64,000 nucleotides of DNA from Octopus vulgaris (Eukaryota). The notes beneath the pieces were generated by a model. The model did no database searches. It was not told the origin of the DNA and saw only the letters and a list, made by a program, of their open reading frames with translations. The stretch covers positions 14,198,001 through 14,262,000 of the forward strand of contig OX597830.1 in NCBI GenBank assembly GCA_951406725.2, given 5' to 3'. The position numbers and the translations under genes were made by a program. How positions within the stretch are numbered: position 1 is the first letter of the stretch; each line of letters starts with the position of its first letter. This document shows, in pieces, positions 41,883 through 54,890 of this stretch.

Positions 41883-43497
41883 TATCAATCCATAAATAGA
41901 TATATACAATCGCACGCGCACACACAGCAAACACGCGCGTGTGCACGTTTATACCCCTTTTTATTTCCATAGTCATACACGAACATTATCAATTGCGAAA
42001 GCGTTGACCTTTTAACATATCTTGCTTCAAAATTTGCCTCATGCATCTCTCTAATAATAACAGTGTCTATCATGAATCAGTCTTACGAATTTAACATCTA
42101 TCGACGCTTCAGTCAGCGACAAGGAACAAACAATTCCTTCCCTAATATCTACTATGTTGTAAACGCATTCATAACATCGAATCTTAGATCGTTTAAAGTG
42201 CGAAGACACTAAACAAGACGGCGGGGGAAAATTTCAGTGTCTGAATGTACTTGAGATATTTAAAACAAACCGAGTTCAACGAGTAAAGAATTCATTGAAT
42301 ATAAGAGGAATTTTATAAATATTTATAACATAATGAAAATAGTCTTTAATTTAGTGTTATGATGTATAGAGCTTTAGGGAATTCAACGCTGACGTTTAAC
42401 GAAGGAAAACGCGTTTACTTATATCTGTTTTGTAAATGTAAGATCATTAAGAGAATCATGTTTAACGTCAGCAAGATGCAAGATAAATAGTCATTTACAT
42501 ATAAATATAAGTTTACAAATTTTGGCAATATGGAAGGAGAGCGACAGGAGACGGCTTTCACTCAAAATGGTAGTCTGCAATTGTAGTTTCTCATTAGGAC
42601 TTATTCTTTGAGTGACACGTTAATAAAGGGGATTTAATAACGGAGACATGCATAAATTCACATATGTATGTATGTATGTATGTATGTATGCGTATATGCA
42701 TGCATGTATGCGTGTATATGCGTGCATATATATATATATGTATGTGTGTGTTTGTATGTAGGTATATGCGTGCATATATCTACATATATGCGTGTTATGT
42801 ATGCATATATGTGCGTGCATGTATGCATATGCTTGTGTGTATGTACGACATGTATGTGAATATGTTCGTATTTAGAAGCAAATAATGGCCAATGTACATT
42901 TGAAGACTAGCTGCTGGTGCTTATGGTTTGATTTCAGCAGTATGATTATATGGAACTACCTGAATTCGAAGACAGACAGATATTTGCCTTTCATCTTTTA
43001 AAACAGTTTGATTGCGGAGATAACACTAGATCTGACAAGCATGTCGGGGTCTAAATTAACCAAGCTAGCAACAGGAAAACACACATATAAAAACCATTAA
43101 AACTCTCCGCATATATATCCATATATATATATATGTGTGTGTGTGTGTGTTTGTGTGTATGTGTGTGAGTGTATGTTTGCGTGTGTGTGCGACTGTGTGT
43201 CTGTGTGCATGCGTGCGTGTTTGAGTGTCTATTATACATATATATACGTATATATATATATATATTATATATATATATATATATACATACATATATATAT
43301 ATATATATATAATAATAAATATTAGGGAATAAATCCAAATTTACAGGGAAAAATCAGATTTAGGATTGAATCCAATTTTATAGTAAAATATAATATAATA
43401 TTAATTAGAGACAAAACCACTATTATGCAAATCAAACAAAGAAAGACTTAATCCAATACATAAAAATTTTTATATAAATTAAATATAATTAAGATAT

Positions 43498-43543
43498 CCA
43501 CTACGATCGTTTCTTGTCACTTCTATGGACATTCATCAGGTGG
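43498..43543 (-). ncRNA. Type I minimal hammerhead ribozyme motif with intact core boxes
   Basis: ccac-CTGATGA-a-tgtc(catagaagt)gaca-a-GAAA-cgatcg-TA-gtgg; stems I and II pair; palindromic stem III; predicted GUA cleavage site; A-A mismatch at the base of stem II. Confidence 0.8.
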
Positions 43544-43715
43544 TTTCAAGACCTTCTTTTCAAGTTTTAAACTATGAAGTTTCTTAAAATAGGGCCGGGA
43601 GTGCGAACGGACGACCGAAGCGGACGCGCCAGAAGCGCGCCTGCGACGGCGCCGTCGCTCCGAACGTGCTGGGGCACGTTTTCATAGTTTAAAATTTGAA
43701 AAGAAGGTCTTGAAA

Positions 43716-43761
43716 CCACATGATGAATGTCCATAGAAGTGACAAGAAACGATCGTAGTGG
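43716..43761 (+). ncRNA. Opposite-strand twin hammerhead motif with C3 changed to A
   Basis: ccac-ATGATGA-atgtc..gacaa-GAAA-cgatcg-TA-gtgg. Confidence 0.65.
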
Positions 43762-43856
43762 ATATCTTAATTATATTTAATTTATATAAAATTTTTTATG
43801 TATTGGATTAAGTCTTTCTTTGTTTGATTTGCATAATAGTGGTTTTGTCTCTAATT

Positions 43857-43899
<43 letters not shown>

Positions 43900-44058
43900 C
43901 ATTGATATATATATGTGTACATATATATATATATACGTACGTATACATACATATGTATACACATGTATATACATATATATGTGTGCATATATACATATAT
44001 ATACACACATATATATTTCTATACACATATATACACTCATGTATATGTATACATTCAC

Positions 44059-44117
<59 letters not shown>

Positions 44118-44283
44118 TGTGTTTGTTTGCTTGTGTACCTGCACGCGCGCGCGCGCGTGTGTGTATTTCTAATTTTTTCTTTATACATTTCTTATTGAAT
44201 TCAGTGCCTGCAGGTCATGGCGTTTCGTAGTCGAATACTTCTCTGTGAACAATGTGATCGAAGGCGTAGTAAAATAGGTAAAG

Positions 44284-44447
44284 GCTGTATATGCATATTT
44301 CAAGAGTTATTGCTCTTTCATTAGTACTACATTCATGGTAAGACACAGCTAAATTTAATGGGTATTTCAGGGAAGTGTTCATGGAGACTTGATGGGTTGC
44401 ATGTGCTGTCGATAAAAGAGCAATAACTCTTCAAATATGCGTATACA
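44284..44447. repeat. Short inverted repeat whose arms are degenerate hammerhead motifs
   Basis: Left arm (minus): ctaatga-aagag(caataa)ctctt-gaaa-tatgcata-ta-cagc; right arm (plus): gctg-tcgataa-aagag(caataa)ctctt-caaa-tatgcgta-ta-ca. Confidence 0.65.
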
Positions 44448-44721
44448 ATCATTACACATTGTTCCCATATATGTTTTCGTTTATGAAACATCTTAACTCG
44501 CAGAGCTGGCTTTGGATTCTATTGAGATAAAATTAAAACTGAAATACACCACACTGCTGACACAATGTTCAATACAATATTGATTCGCAAAACCTTTAAT
44601 AATCTTGGTAGTGCATTATGGTTGCAAAATTAAATACTATGTCCTTGCCAGTGTGTGTATTTGTGTGTGTGTGTGTGTGTGTGCATGTACACACACATAA
44701 ACACACACATATATACATATA

Positions 44722-45648
44722 CGAGGGTAAGTCAAAAACTATAAGCAATCTCATTTCTGTAATTCATTAAAACAGAAGCGGAGTTGAACGATTACATCAT
44801 TCTTCTCCTTGCTTTATGATGCACCGTTCCAACGGTCTACAAGCTTGGCTATTCTATCGCAGGAGAAGGTTTTAGGCTGGTTCGCACCGTCATTTGTGCA
44901 CCACTTTCTGTGCTTCTTAGTCTGTAGCAAATCGACGAAGAGGTAAATAAGGTTTGAGCGTTCCAAGGAGGTTATAGTCGGTAGGGGCAAGATCAGGGTT
45001 GTATGCAGGTCGTTTCAGTAACTCGAAATACAGTTTTTCAATGGTTTAAATGATGGAGACGGCCATTATAGAATGTAAATTGTCGTGCAATAGTAACACT
45101 AGCTTTGACAATAGACCTCGGCATTTAGTGCGAGTACCTGGTTCCAACTTGTTGGCCACCATATCATTGTATCCTACACTGGTAGACTCCTTTTCTAGGT
45201 AATTTTCCAGTTCCTATTATGTTCCCCAAAATGGCTACCATCATTGTTTTTGCAGGAGGTTTAGTCTTGAATTTCTTTACCGCTGGCAATTCCGGGTGGT
45301 TCCACGCCACACACAGCCTTTTCAATTCTGGCTCAGAGCAATGGTCCCACGTCTCATTTCCTGAGATCATTCTTTGCAAAAATGTTTTACCTTCATCGTT
45401 GTAGCGATTGCGTAAGCATGGACAGATCTCTACATTACTGCGCTTATGCGTTTACATAAACTTTCTTGGCATACATGTCGCTCAGACTTTAAGGAAGCGA
45501 AGATTGTTGCGGATGATGTGAACCACTGGTATGATATTTTGAAGAGTTCGATTGATCAGACGAAAGCGCTAATAAAAAATTATCCAAAATGCTGACTGCC
45601 TCATTCTTTTTAATACACAAAAGCCGTACACCTCTTCAAACACCCTAT
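44722..45648 (-). mobile_element. Decayed mariner-type transposon
   Basis: TA followed by cgagggtaagtcaaaa terminus; minus-strand peptide ISGNETWDHCSEPELKR..AWNHPELPAVKKFKTKPPAKTMM. Confidence 0.8.
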
Positions 45649-45706
45649 ATATACACACACACAGCAAATGAAAGATAGAAGATGGCATATTCGAGAATTT
45701 ATTATT

Positions 45707-45814
45707 AGCCATGACAATTGTTTCGATACATCTAGCATCGATTCCTCATGGGTGGGACACTCAAAAACTGTTTCAGAGCATCCATTGGTGCAGATGTATC
45801 TCGTCGGGTGATAA
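45707..45814 (-). ncRNA. Hammerhead motif with long stem II downstream of the PLE ORF
   Basis: ttatcac-CCGACGA-gatacatct..(long insert)..agatgtatc-GAAA-caattg-TC-atgg; 9-bp stem II base, palindromic stem III, GUC site. Confidence 0.7.
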
Positions 45815-46225
45815 ATAAATACAACTCGTTAAAATGACCGTTCCGCAAAGTAACTTTCCGTTTTGTAGAGAGAAAAGCGGCCAGACGGAGGAAATATCTT
45901 CATTTATATAGATCAAGAATAAAATCACAGATGACAAAAAGAGAAACGAACACGCAATCCAGCGAGAAAAGTATTAAAAATAAATGTTAATAGGTATGGA
46001 GGTATAAACACCCTCGGGCAAGCTGCATGGCGCAAGTACTCTCGCTCATACAAGCATCCACAGAAAAGTGAGCACACGCACACGTGAGATTTGGTGCACT
46101 CATGATCAAAGAGCGAGTTAATTGTCTATTTGGTGTTTATAAGAATGGGGAGGTTACGAGTGAATGTAAGTCATCCATAACTGAAAGTAAATTAAGTTAA
46201 GTTAACAGTTACACAAAATTCATTC

Positions 46226-47050
46226 TCACTGCATTGTGCGAAAGTACAATGAAGTGAGAATGCATCTCGAGAGTCGTTCAGAAATTCTATTAATGCTCTC
46301 GTTAGTACACAGAATAGACAGGGATTCCTCGGAGCAGAGACGGCATCTCCTGGAAATTACATTGTATGGTTTCGCATACCTTACTATGGAACAATTAATG
46401 CTGTACTTCGTTTCATCCTCCTTCAGTCGCCATACAAAATTTGTCAAAGATGTTAAATGTCTTTTATTGATTGTCTTAAAGCTGGCAACATGGTTACGAT
46501 AACGATTCTTAAATGAATCAGTCGTCTTTCCAATGTAAACATAGGACCCTCTCTTTGCGGGCACGGTACATTTATATACAAGATTTGAACTCATACAGAG
46601 ACTCATCAAAGGACATTTTGATTTTTCTCTGCATGAGCATTTATCGTGTTTATTTTTATATAAGGATGTCTCGACTACATTTATCGGCTCTGTTACCATG
46701 CTAACTGTATCATAAGTATTTCTACTACTACAAATTGGTCGTAGCTGGTGTTTATCAATGCGGTTTACACTCCTTTGGTTGGTATCTAGATGCAACTGTT
46801 CGCTAGATCCAGTAGGTGGGTTATTGAATTTTTGCCGCATTTTGCTATTGTTTATGCAATGCATAAGCTGCTGTAAATTAGTAGAGTTGGCTTAGGATAC
46901 CTTCACGATGTGTCAATTAAAAATAGCACGATACCGATTAGATTTAGGAAAACAGTCGTCCAAAGCAGCAAAAACTTTTTCTAATAATGGGACATATAAG
47001 CCATCGACAGAAAAAAGTAAGTTTTTCTTGTACGCATTGGACCATCGCAG
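46226..47050 (-). mobile_element. Penelope-like element ORF remnant: Cys-rich linker plus GIY-YIG endonuclease
   Basis: CSCREKSKCPL..C..NLVYKC..YVYIGKTTDSFKNRYRNH..LTNFVWRLK..CRLCSEE..INRISE is the PLE GIY-YIG signature (Neptune-like Cys motifs). Confidence 0.9.
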
Positions 47051-47052
47051 TG

Positions 47053-47137
<85 letters not shown>

Positions 47138-47149
47138 TATACATACATA

Positions 47150-47320
47150 TTTGTGATTGACATTGTACCTGTGTTTGTCTTCCACCACCACTCGAGAACC
47201 GGTGTTGGTGTGTTTACGTACCAGGAGAAGAATGAGTACTGGGATCGATTCATTTGACTAAAACAATTCTTGAAGGCAGTGCTGCAGCATGGCCGCAGTT
47301 GAATGACTGAAACCTATAAA
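47150..47320 (+). mobile_element. SINE family B tail half
   Basis: Family B tail motifs. Confidence 0.75.
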
Positions 47321-47986
47321 AAATAAATGATAAATGACAGACTGGTTGAAAAATCATGTTTGAATCTTCAATTAAGGTATGGTGGTAGTCGTTTCAGAAT
47401 TTCCCGTCGCAACTTTGCCTTTTTTTAACGAGAAGTTTTCCATTTATTTTTCTGATATATTTATATGATTTGATATATTTTATAAGCTCCATATTGCGCT
47501 ACATAATTTCTTAGGGAACGTTGTTGCCAAAACTACACAGATAAAATGTTAATTCTGGGTCTCTGCGATTGTATAAATAGCTTCAGTGACAAAACATGTT
47601 TGTACTCTAGTTATACTCAATCAGAATAAGAACCAGCCAAAACAAAATTACCACTCTTCTCCATGTATTTGCTGTTCTCTGTCTTTTCCATATGATTTAA
47701 TCCAAAAGTATTTGGGAACTAAGCTAAATGTTCTTATACATTCTTGAACACCACACAAACGCAAACGCATGTACACACGTATGCGTACTCAATCATGCTA
47801 AAGCACAAGTGCGCGTATGCATGTATGCACACACTTTCACGTAATGTATCTGTATGTATGCATGTATATATGTACGTATGTGCGTATGCTAGTATATGAT
47901 ACAGGGTGAGAGAGAGAGATAGGGAGACTGAGACAGACAAAGACAGAGAAAGAGAGTAAGTCAGAGAGAGAGAAAGAGAGAGGGAG

Positions 47987-48031
<45 letters not shown>

Positions 48032-49003
48032 GGTGTTTATTTAAATGGGGATTACAAATGTATTATTATAATATTTATCATCATGTATAATATGCATGTG
48101 TATGTGCATTTGTTTGTGCTTGTGAATATGTATACATCAACGCGTGTCGACATACATATGTGAATATGTAAACTCTTGGGCACGAGTCTATGTATGGACG
48201 TATTTTACATTTAAATGGTGATTAGAAATGTATAAATCAATCAGCATTATTATTATAGGACAGCTATATTTCAAGATAAACCATCGTCGAAATTGGGCTT
48301 TTGCTGTTCGGTGGGTATATAATACGAAGAGACATATACGTACTTACATACATTCATAAATGCATACACACACTAACATACATGTACATAAATCATATAT
48401 TGATACGTCGCTGTGTACATACATAAATACATTTATGCATAGATGTGAAAATACATTAAACACATACATGTAAATATTGTATGTGCGGATGGAGATGTGC
48501 GTATGTGTAATTATATTTATACATTACAAATGGACTTAGCGTATCTATTTAAAATTGGTGCATTTAATTTTCATTTTCTTCTATATTTTCATTTGAGTTC
48601 TTTTAAAATATTAAAATGTGAAATATTAAAATTCCAATGTCAATTTTGATGACATTTCTAGGTTGCTGGTTTTATTTCCAAGATTGAATAAGTTTAAATG
48701 CTTACACAAATAATACGGCAAAAACCGGAGACTAATATTGTAATAGCTTTTAATATCCACATGCAAACTAAAATCAAGATATGAACATTAGTTCAGACAC
48801 ATAAAAAATGGCTGCGAATTTCAAAACTTTACTCATGATGACTACAAGAGTAATTGAAATGTAAATTATGACCTCAGCGGGGACGAGATCACTTAAGATT
48901 CCGATAAGAAATCTTTGATGTCTCACATGTGCCTATGATTTACATATACGTATGTATGCATGTATACACACACACATACATACATACATACATACATACA
49001 TAC

Positions 49004-49036
<33 letters not shown>

Positions 49037-49094
49037 CATACATACATACATACATAAATACATACATATATACATACATACATATATATATATG

Positions 49095-49319
49095 TATTCT
49101 TTTATTCTTTTTTTTCCTTCAGTCAATTGACTGCGGTCATGCTGGAGCACCGCCTTACGGAGTGTTGTTCGAAGAAACCGACCCAGGACTTATTCTTTCT
49201 AAGCCTAGTACTTATTCTATCAGTCACTTTTGCCGAAACGCTGGTGAGGGTGGTGCAAACACAGACATACACACAGGCACACACACATGCACACACACAC
49301 GCACACACATACACACACA

Positions 49320-49369
<50 letters not shown>

Positions 49370-49525
49370 ACGGGTTTCTTCCAGTTTCCGTCTACCAAAT
49401 CCACTCATAAGACTTTGGTCAGCCCGAGGCTATAGTAGAAGACATTTGGCCAAGGTACCACACAGTGAGACTGAACACGGAACCATATTGTTGCGAAGCA
49501 AACTTCTTACTACACAGCCACGCCA
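49095..49525 (-). mobile_element. SINE family B
   Basis: Reverse complement of family B. Confidence 0.85.
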
Positions 49526-49551
49526 TATATAGGTATATATATATATGTATG

Positions 49552-49612
<61 letters not shown>

Positions 49613-49813
49613 ATATATATATAAGCTGAAACTGGAATCAATCAATGCCCCAGCATGGCCACATATATATGTATATATGTAAATAAAATATGGGACAAGA
49701 ACGCAAAACATCCAGATGGACGATACAAAGACGGGTCATTCGAAGTTTTCTTTCTTCCGTCAAGCACAAGATTATCCTCACAATTTCGTATATGTATATC
49801 ATGAGAAATATCA

Positions 49814-50050
49814 ATATAATTTAGAGAAACATCTCTATTAAGCAAGTCAATACTGAAAGACGTTATTCACACCATATAGAATTTTTTTTTTTAAATCAAT
49901 ACATTACATAAACAATAAATAGTAAATTGACTATTGAATTGCTTAATAGAGGTTTTTCCCTAAATTATATACATATATTATACTTTGTGAAATTTTATTT
50001 AGAATTGCCAAATTGAATTTTTCCCTGTAAGTTAGGAATTATATTCCCTG
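49814..50050 (-). mobile_element. Diverged relative of the 43324 fold-back element, also with inverted arms
   Basis: Reverse complement agggaatataattcctaacttacagggaaaaa..aatttagggaaaaacctctattaagcaa aligns with 43324-43435; inverted repeat about 49814-49852 vs 49932-49970. Confidence 0.6.
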
Positions 50051-50154
50051 CTATCGTTATTATATATATTATATTATATGATATGATATTATATTATATG
50101 ATATTATATATATATATATATATATATATGATATAATATATTATATGATATGAT

Positions 50155-50214
<60 letters not shown>

Positions 50215-51021
50215 TATATATGTATGTGTGTGTGTGTGTGCGAGTGTGTATGGGACTGAAGATATGGATTAGTGATATGAAAGTTTAATCTGGCGACTGT
50301 CCGACTGTTCTCAGCAATGAAATAGCACAATCAAATGACCATTACATGTGTGTGTGTATGTGTGCATGAGTGCGCCTGCGTGCAAGTGCGGCATAAGAGT
50401 TTGGGGAAAATAAACTGTATAAACCGAAGCATTTTTCTGATTAAGAATTATTTTGATTAAAAACAGAAAGATTAACTCTTGCGTAGTTAGAGTATTTGAC
50501 GATATGTGGAATTACAACCGTGTTTCGTGGTCTGCTACCACAACAGCTCCTTTATAGGATCCAGTTAGCTCAAGACATCATCAGGAGAAACCACGTCTGG
50601 TTTCGGCCCCTACTCCTCAACCGTTTGACGTGGCAGCCCCCCCTCCTTTCAGAGGTGTCTTCAGCTCTGGTGTTGGGTGCATGTCTTCTTTCTTCTTTCT
50701 TCTGTTCCCTGGCCTCTTCGATGTATCGGCAGCGAGTGTCAGCCGGTGACTGACTGACTTGTCAAATTTTTTTCCCTTTAAATACCTGCCGCTATGCTCC
50801 AGCAGGCAGCCCCAGCAAGTAGTCACGTGACACTGTCTCACCTTAACTGACTAGTGGAGGTGCATAGTCTTAGCCTGCGCATTCTCTAAATGGAGAAAAA
50901 GTCAAGACCTTTAAACTTTGTCCTTTTAATGCTACTATTGTAAGGCGAATTATTAAACGTACATGGTTTCTTAAATACTCTAATTACACGGGTCTAGTAG
51001 TTAAGACGGGAACAGATTAGT

Positions 51022-51315
51022 TTTTTGTTCCTTCTCGAGCCATGCCTGGCTCATAAGGGCCGGTTTCCCGGTTTCATTGGCATATAGGTTCCCCACCTGG
51101 ATAGGTCGCCGGTCCGTCGCAGGTGAGCTGCAAGATGCAGGAGGAAAGAATGAAAGAATGTTGTGGCGAAAGAGTCAGCTGAGGTTTGCCATTACCTTCT
51201 GCCGGAGCCGTGTGGAGCTTAGGTGTTTCGCTCATAAACATATACATCGCCCGGTCTGAGATTCGAACCCGCGATCCCTCGACCGCGAGTCCGCTGCTCT
51301 AACCAATAGGCCAAG
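51022..51315 (-). mobile_element. SINE family C
   Basis: tRNA-like head tggcctattggttagagc..gggttcgaatctc; body shared with 11162, tail shared with 16043. Confidence 0.8.
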
Positions 51316-51427
51316 AAGAGATTAGTCGATTACATTGGTCCCAGTATTACTTTATTTCCACAGATTTATGAAAGGGTGAACCCGGCGAGATTTCAAGTCA
51401 GAAAATATATAGTCGAAAGAAGTACCC

Positions 51428-51658
51428 ATTTCTTTACTTATCACAAGGGGCTAAACACAGAGAGGACAAACAAGGCCAGACAAACGGATTAAGTCGATTA
51501 TATCGACCCCAGTGCGTGACTGGTACTTATTTAATCGACCCCGAAAAGATGAAAGGCAAAGTCGACCTCGGCGGAATTTGAACTCCGAACGTAACGGCAG
51601 ACGAAATACTGCAAAGCATTTCGCCCGGCGTGCTAACGTTTCTGCCAGCTCACCACCT
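51428..51658 (-). mobile_element. SINE family A
   Basis: Family A; TSD tatagtcgaaa(g/c)aagtacc. Confidence 0.9.
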
Positions 51659-52224
51659 TTGTATAGTCGAAACAAGTACCACAATGCATTTATGTGATGC
51701 CCTTGTTAATCTCTCAACTTACTACATTTGAGGCACATCTATATTAATAATGATTAATTAATTGTACATCTGTTATGAACACCGTAGTAAGTTAATGTAT
51801 TTAACGAGCGTCATAAAGTAGCAATATGGATTGAAAGGTTCAAGAATAAAAATTAGATTATGCATTTAGTTATTAGCATAATGTCTAACTTATAATAAAT
51901 ATAGTCATTGTATATAAGGTGTAAGGATGTTTTTATAAAATATTAGAGACTTTAGTGAAGATTGCAATGCAGTTATATTTATACTAATAAGCAATATTTT
52001 CTAGCTGTTCATTTCTGTATTCATAAATAGATTTGCATAAGGTATTTGGTGAGAAAAACAAAAAAAATTATGGAAATGGTAATTGTGAGAAGAAATATAT
52101 TGTGGTACGGTAGTTGTTATGTTCGTTAATTAATGTAGGAGTTGAATGGAAAATATATGAGGAAATTTAGGTGTTTTTTCGAAGGACAACTGAAGGTTAA
52201 CTATCATTAAATGTAAGTGTAAGT

Positions 52225-52390
52225 CGGCGAGGTGGTGGAATCGTTAGTACACAGGGAAAAATGATTAGCATCGTTTCCTTCTGAGTTCAAATGCTGCCGG
52301 GGTCGACTTTGCCTTTCATCTTTTCGAGGTCGATGTAATCGACCAGTCCCCGTCCCCTTAATTGCAGGCCTTGTGCTTATAGTAGAAAGG
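52225..52390 (+). mobile_element. SINE family A, older deleted copy
   Basis: Family A motifs. Confidence 0.7.
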
Positions 52391-52526
52391 ATTGTGTGTA
52401 AGTGTAAAGCGGCGAGTTTGTAGGATCGTTTACAGGCTGGGCAAAATGCTGAGCAGGTATTGTAGCAGGAACTGTCGCATTATTTACTTAAATTATCCTT
52501 TGACCAGAAACTGACCTAAATGCTTG

Positions 52527-52581
<55 letters not shown>

Positions 52582-52629
52582 ACAATGATAAATCTCAGAG
52601 CGAGTTATAAACAGTAGCAGTAACACATC

Positions 52630-52722
52630 GTGACGCATATTTGCCATTTGAATATGGCTAACCCCTAAGGGCTAGTAGCATCCACCTTTAGGGCTTAGCC
52701 ACATTTAAGTGGCAAATGTACT

Positions 52723-52726
<4 letters not shown>
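52630..52726. repeat. Hairpin with about 42-bp arms between (TA)n tracts
   Basis: gtgacgcatatttgccatttgaatatggctaacccctaaggg pairs with cctttagggcttagccacatttaagtggcaaatgtacttcac. Confidence 0.8.
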
Positions 52727-52818
<92 letters not shown>

Positions 52819-52922
52819 TGTGTATGGTTTTGTTTTCTGTTTGTGAAGGGTGATGCCCAAACTTATAATATAGGATGATGACTTAACTATGTACATATGA
52901 CAATCACCAAACATATTATGTA

Positions 52923-53223
52923 CTAGCAGTATCGCCCGGCGTTGCTCAGGTTTTTGAGAGTTAAAAAAGGTGGAGTTGCGTCCCCTAGACAGTTTGTGGT
53001 TTGTGTTTCTGATTCTCGACCCCATGTCGAATTTATCAATTTTTTTCAGAACTGGGGGAACTTTTCAAAATTTTCGCTGCGTTAGTTTTGAATTATGACA
53101 TTGGGCTATGTGTGTGTGTCAAGTTTCATCAGAATCGGTTGAAAGCCGTGGTCAGAGTGAGGGTACGAGAAAACAGACACACAGAAACACGCACAGACAA
53201 ACTGCCGTTTATATAGAGAGAGA
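52923..53223 (-). mobile_element. Helitron H1 with internal deletion
   Basis: H1 ends; about 80 bp missing after gttgctcagg. Confidence 0.85.
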
Positions 53224-53335
53224 TGATGTATCGATTAGAGACGAAATCGAGGCAAGTTACTCTTACAATTTTGGGCCGTGCAATTTCTACATGGTTTTAT
53301 TTTCATCTTTTTATGTGTTTTTGTCTTGGATCATT

Positions 53336-53393
53336 TCATATGTCATTCTAATTAGTCATATGTCATTCTAATTAGTCATATGTCATTCTAATT
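53336..53393. repeat. 20-bp tandem repeat, about 3 units
   Basis: tcatatgtcattctaattag repeated. Confidence 0.85.
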
Positions 53394-53855
53394 ATCTTAT
53401 GTTTATGTGATTTATTGTGGATTTATTTTAGAAGAATATATAATTTTGAATAACCTGTTTAGTAGTTCTAGATTTTTGCATTAGCCTATAGAATACGAAT
53501 GTTTCACTTTGAACATATAGAATCGGTCCGAAAGCTTTTAGTTTGTGCTACGCTGCCATCTTCGATAGTTATTTAACGCCAGGTGAACCCAGCTGTGATC
53601 ATCCATACTGCTTGTTAATGACGGCGAAATTGGCAGTGTGTAACTCATATTATTTTCCTTATAATTGCTGATATCATCCAAACGTCTGTTTAAATCTTTC
53701 TGTATAGAGCTGGTCGCCCCTTATGTATCGGATTTAAATATGTTATGTTTAACCACAAAAAAGAAGTATCATATTCAGCATAGACTAAGTTTTTAAGGCT
53801 CTAGACAAAGACTTATGAGTACAGGTATTTCTTTTATTCAGCATTTAGGATAATA

Positions 53856-54229
53856 CTAGCAGTATCGCCCGGCGTTGCTCAGGTTTGTAAGGGAAATAAC
53901 TATAAAGCATTTTTAGAGAGTTATAGCCAAAAAATAGCAAAAAAATGGGAAAAAAATGATGGTAAATTTTTTTGAGAGTTAAAAAAGGTGGAGTTGCGTC
54001 CCCTAGACGGTCTGTGGTTTGGGTTTCTGATTCTCGACGCCATGTCGAATTTATCGATTTTTTTCAGAACTGGGGGAACTTTTCAAAATTTTCGCTGCGT
54101 TAGTTTTGAATTATGACATTGGGCTATGTGTGTGTGTCAAGTTTCATCAGAATCGGTTGGTCAGAGTGAGGGTACGAGAAAACAGACACACAGAAAACGC
54201 ACAGACAAACTGCCGTTTATATAGAGAGA
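53856..54229 (-). mobile_element. Helitron H1
   Basis: Near-identical to 30633-31015. Confidence 0.85.
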
Positions 54230-54574
54230 TTTCTCATCCTTTATTATATCCAGGCTGCATATAGTAAACGGGGAAAGAAAATAAATTCTATATAGTTTCT
54301 TAATAGACACAGCAGCCCAATCACGTTCAAATCTCACAGGATGTCTTAGTCATATCAAATACAAGATTCTTTTTCTTTTACCCTTATTAGTCTTGTTCAT
54401 ATGATTGCAGTTATGCTAAAGTAATCAATGTAATGTTTTTTTTTTCCCACCGTCCATTCGATCCCTGTACTTACATCAAACTGGTCATTATTTTATCGAA
54501 CACTAATCGATTTGTCGAGGAAGAGCTTTTATAGCGGATTTTACATACACACAGGCACTCACACACATACAACC

Positions 54575-54890
54575 TCTCGAAAGAGATGTTCTTCACTCCT
54601 GCTTCGGAGCGTGGGCTTCGGGGTCACTCCGAAAAGCTCTATCTACGACGATTTCATCTCAATCGAAGGAGAGGAGCTTTCTCCGTCCGGGTTGCGGATC
54701 CGTGGAATAAGCTGCCGAACGAGATAGTGAAGATGCTGACGACCGCTCGGTTCAAAGTCTCTCTAGACCAGAAATGGCCTGAACTCTTTGTATGACCACC
54801 CTCCCTGTACATAACTCCCTGTCCCCCTACATGGCCTTGCTTTTGCTTTTTGAGCCAATAAAAATTGAATTGAATTGAATTGAATAGATA
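54575..54890 (+). mobile_element. CR1 LINE 3' end (5' truncated)
   Basis: LRGHSEKL..RRGAFSVRVADPWNKLP..FKVSLD C-terminal motif, stop at 54795, (aattg)n tail. Confidence 0.85.

Larger units (their letters stand above)
43324..43856. mobile_element. Fold-back PLE-type element: two inverted 176-bp arms around a 102-bp GC-rich spacer
   Basis: 43403-43578 is the reverse complement of 43681-43856 with about 3 mismatches; flanked by (TA)n on both sides; one HHR motif in each arm. Confidence 0.85.

Noticed and set aside
50515-50670. Minus-strand ctgaaga..gaaa and ctgatga..gaaa motifs in a GC-richer repeat
   Set aside because: I could not build convincing stems I and II by eye; left unclassified, though worth an Infernal scan
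51240-51315. tRNA-like sequences with A and B boxes (also about 11400-11472 and 16215-16280)
   Set aside because: SINE heads that continue into SINE bodies; no proper cloverleaf or acceptor stem
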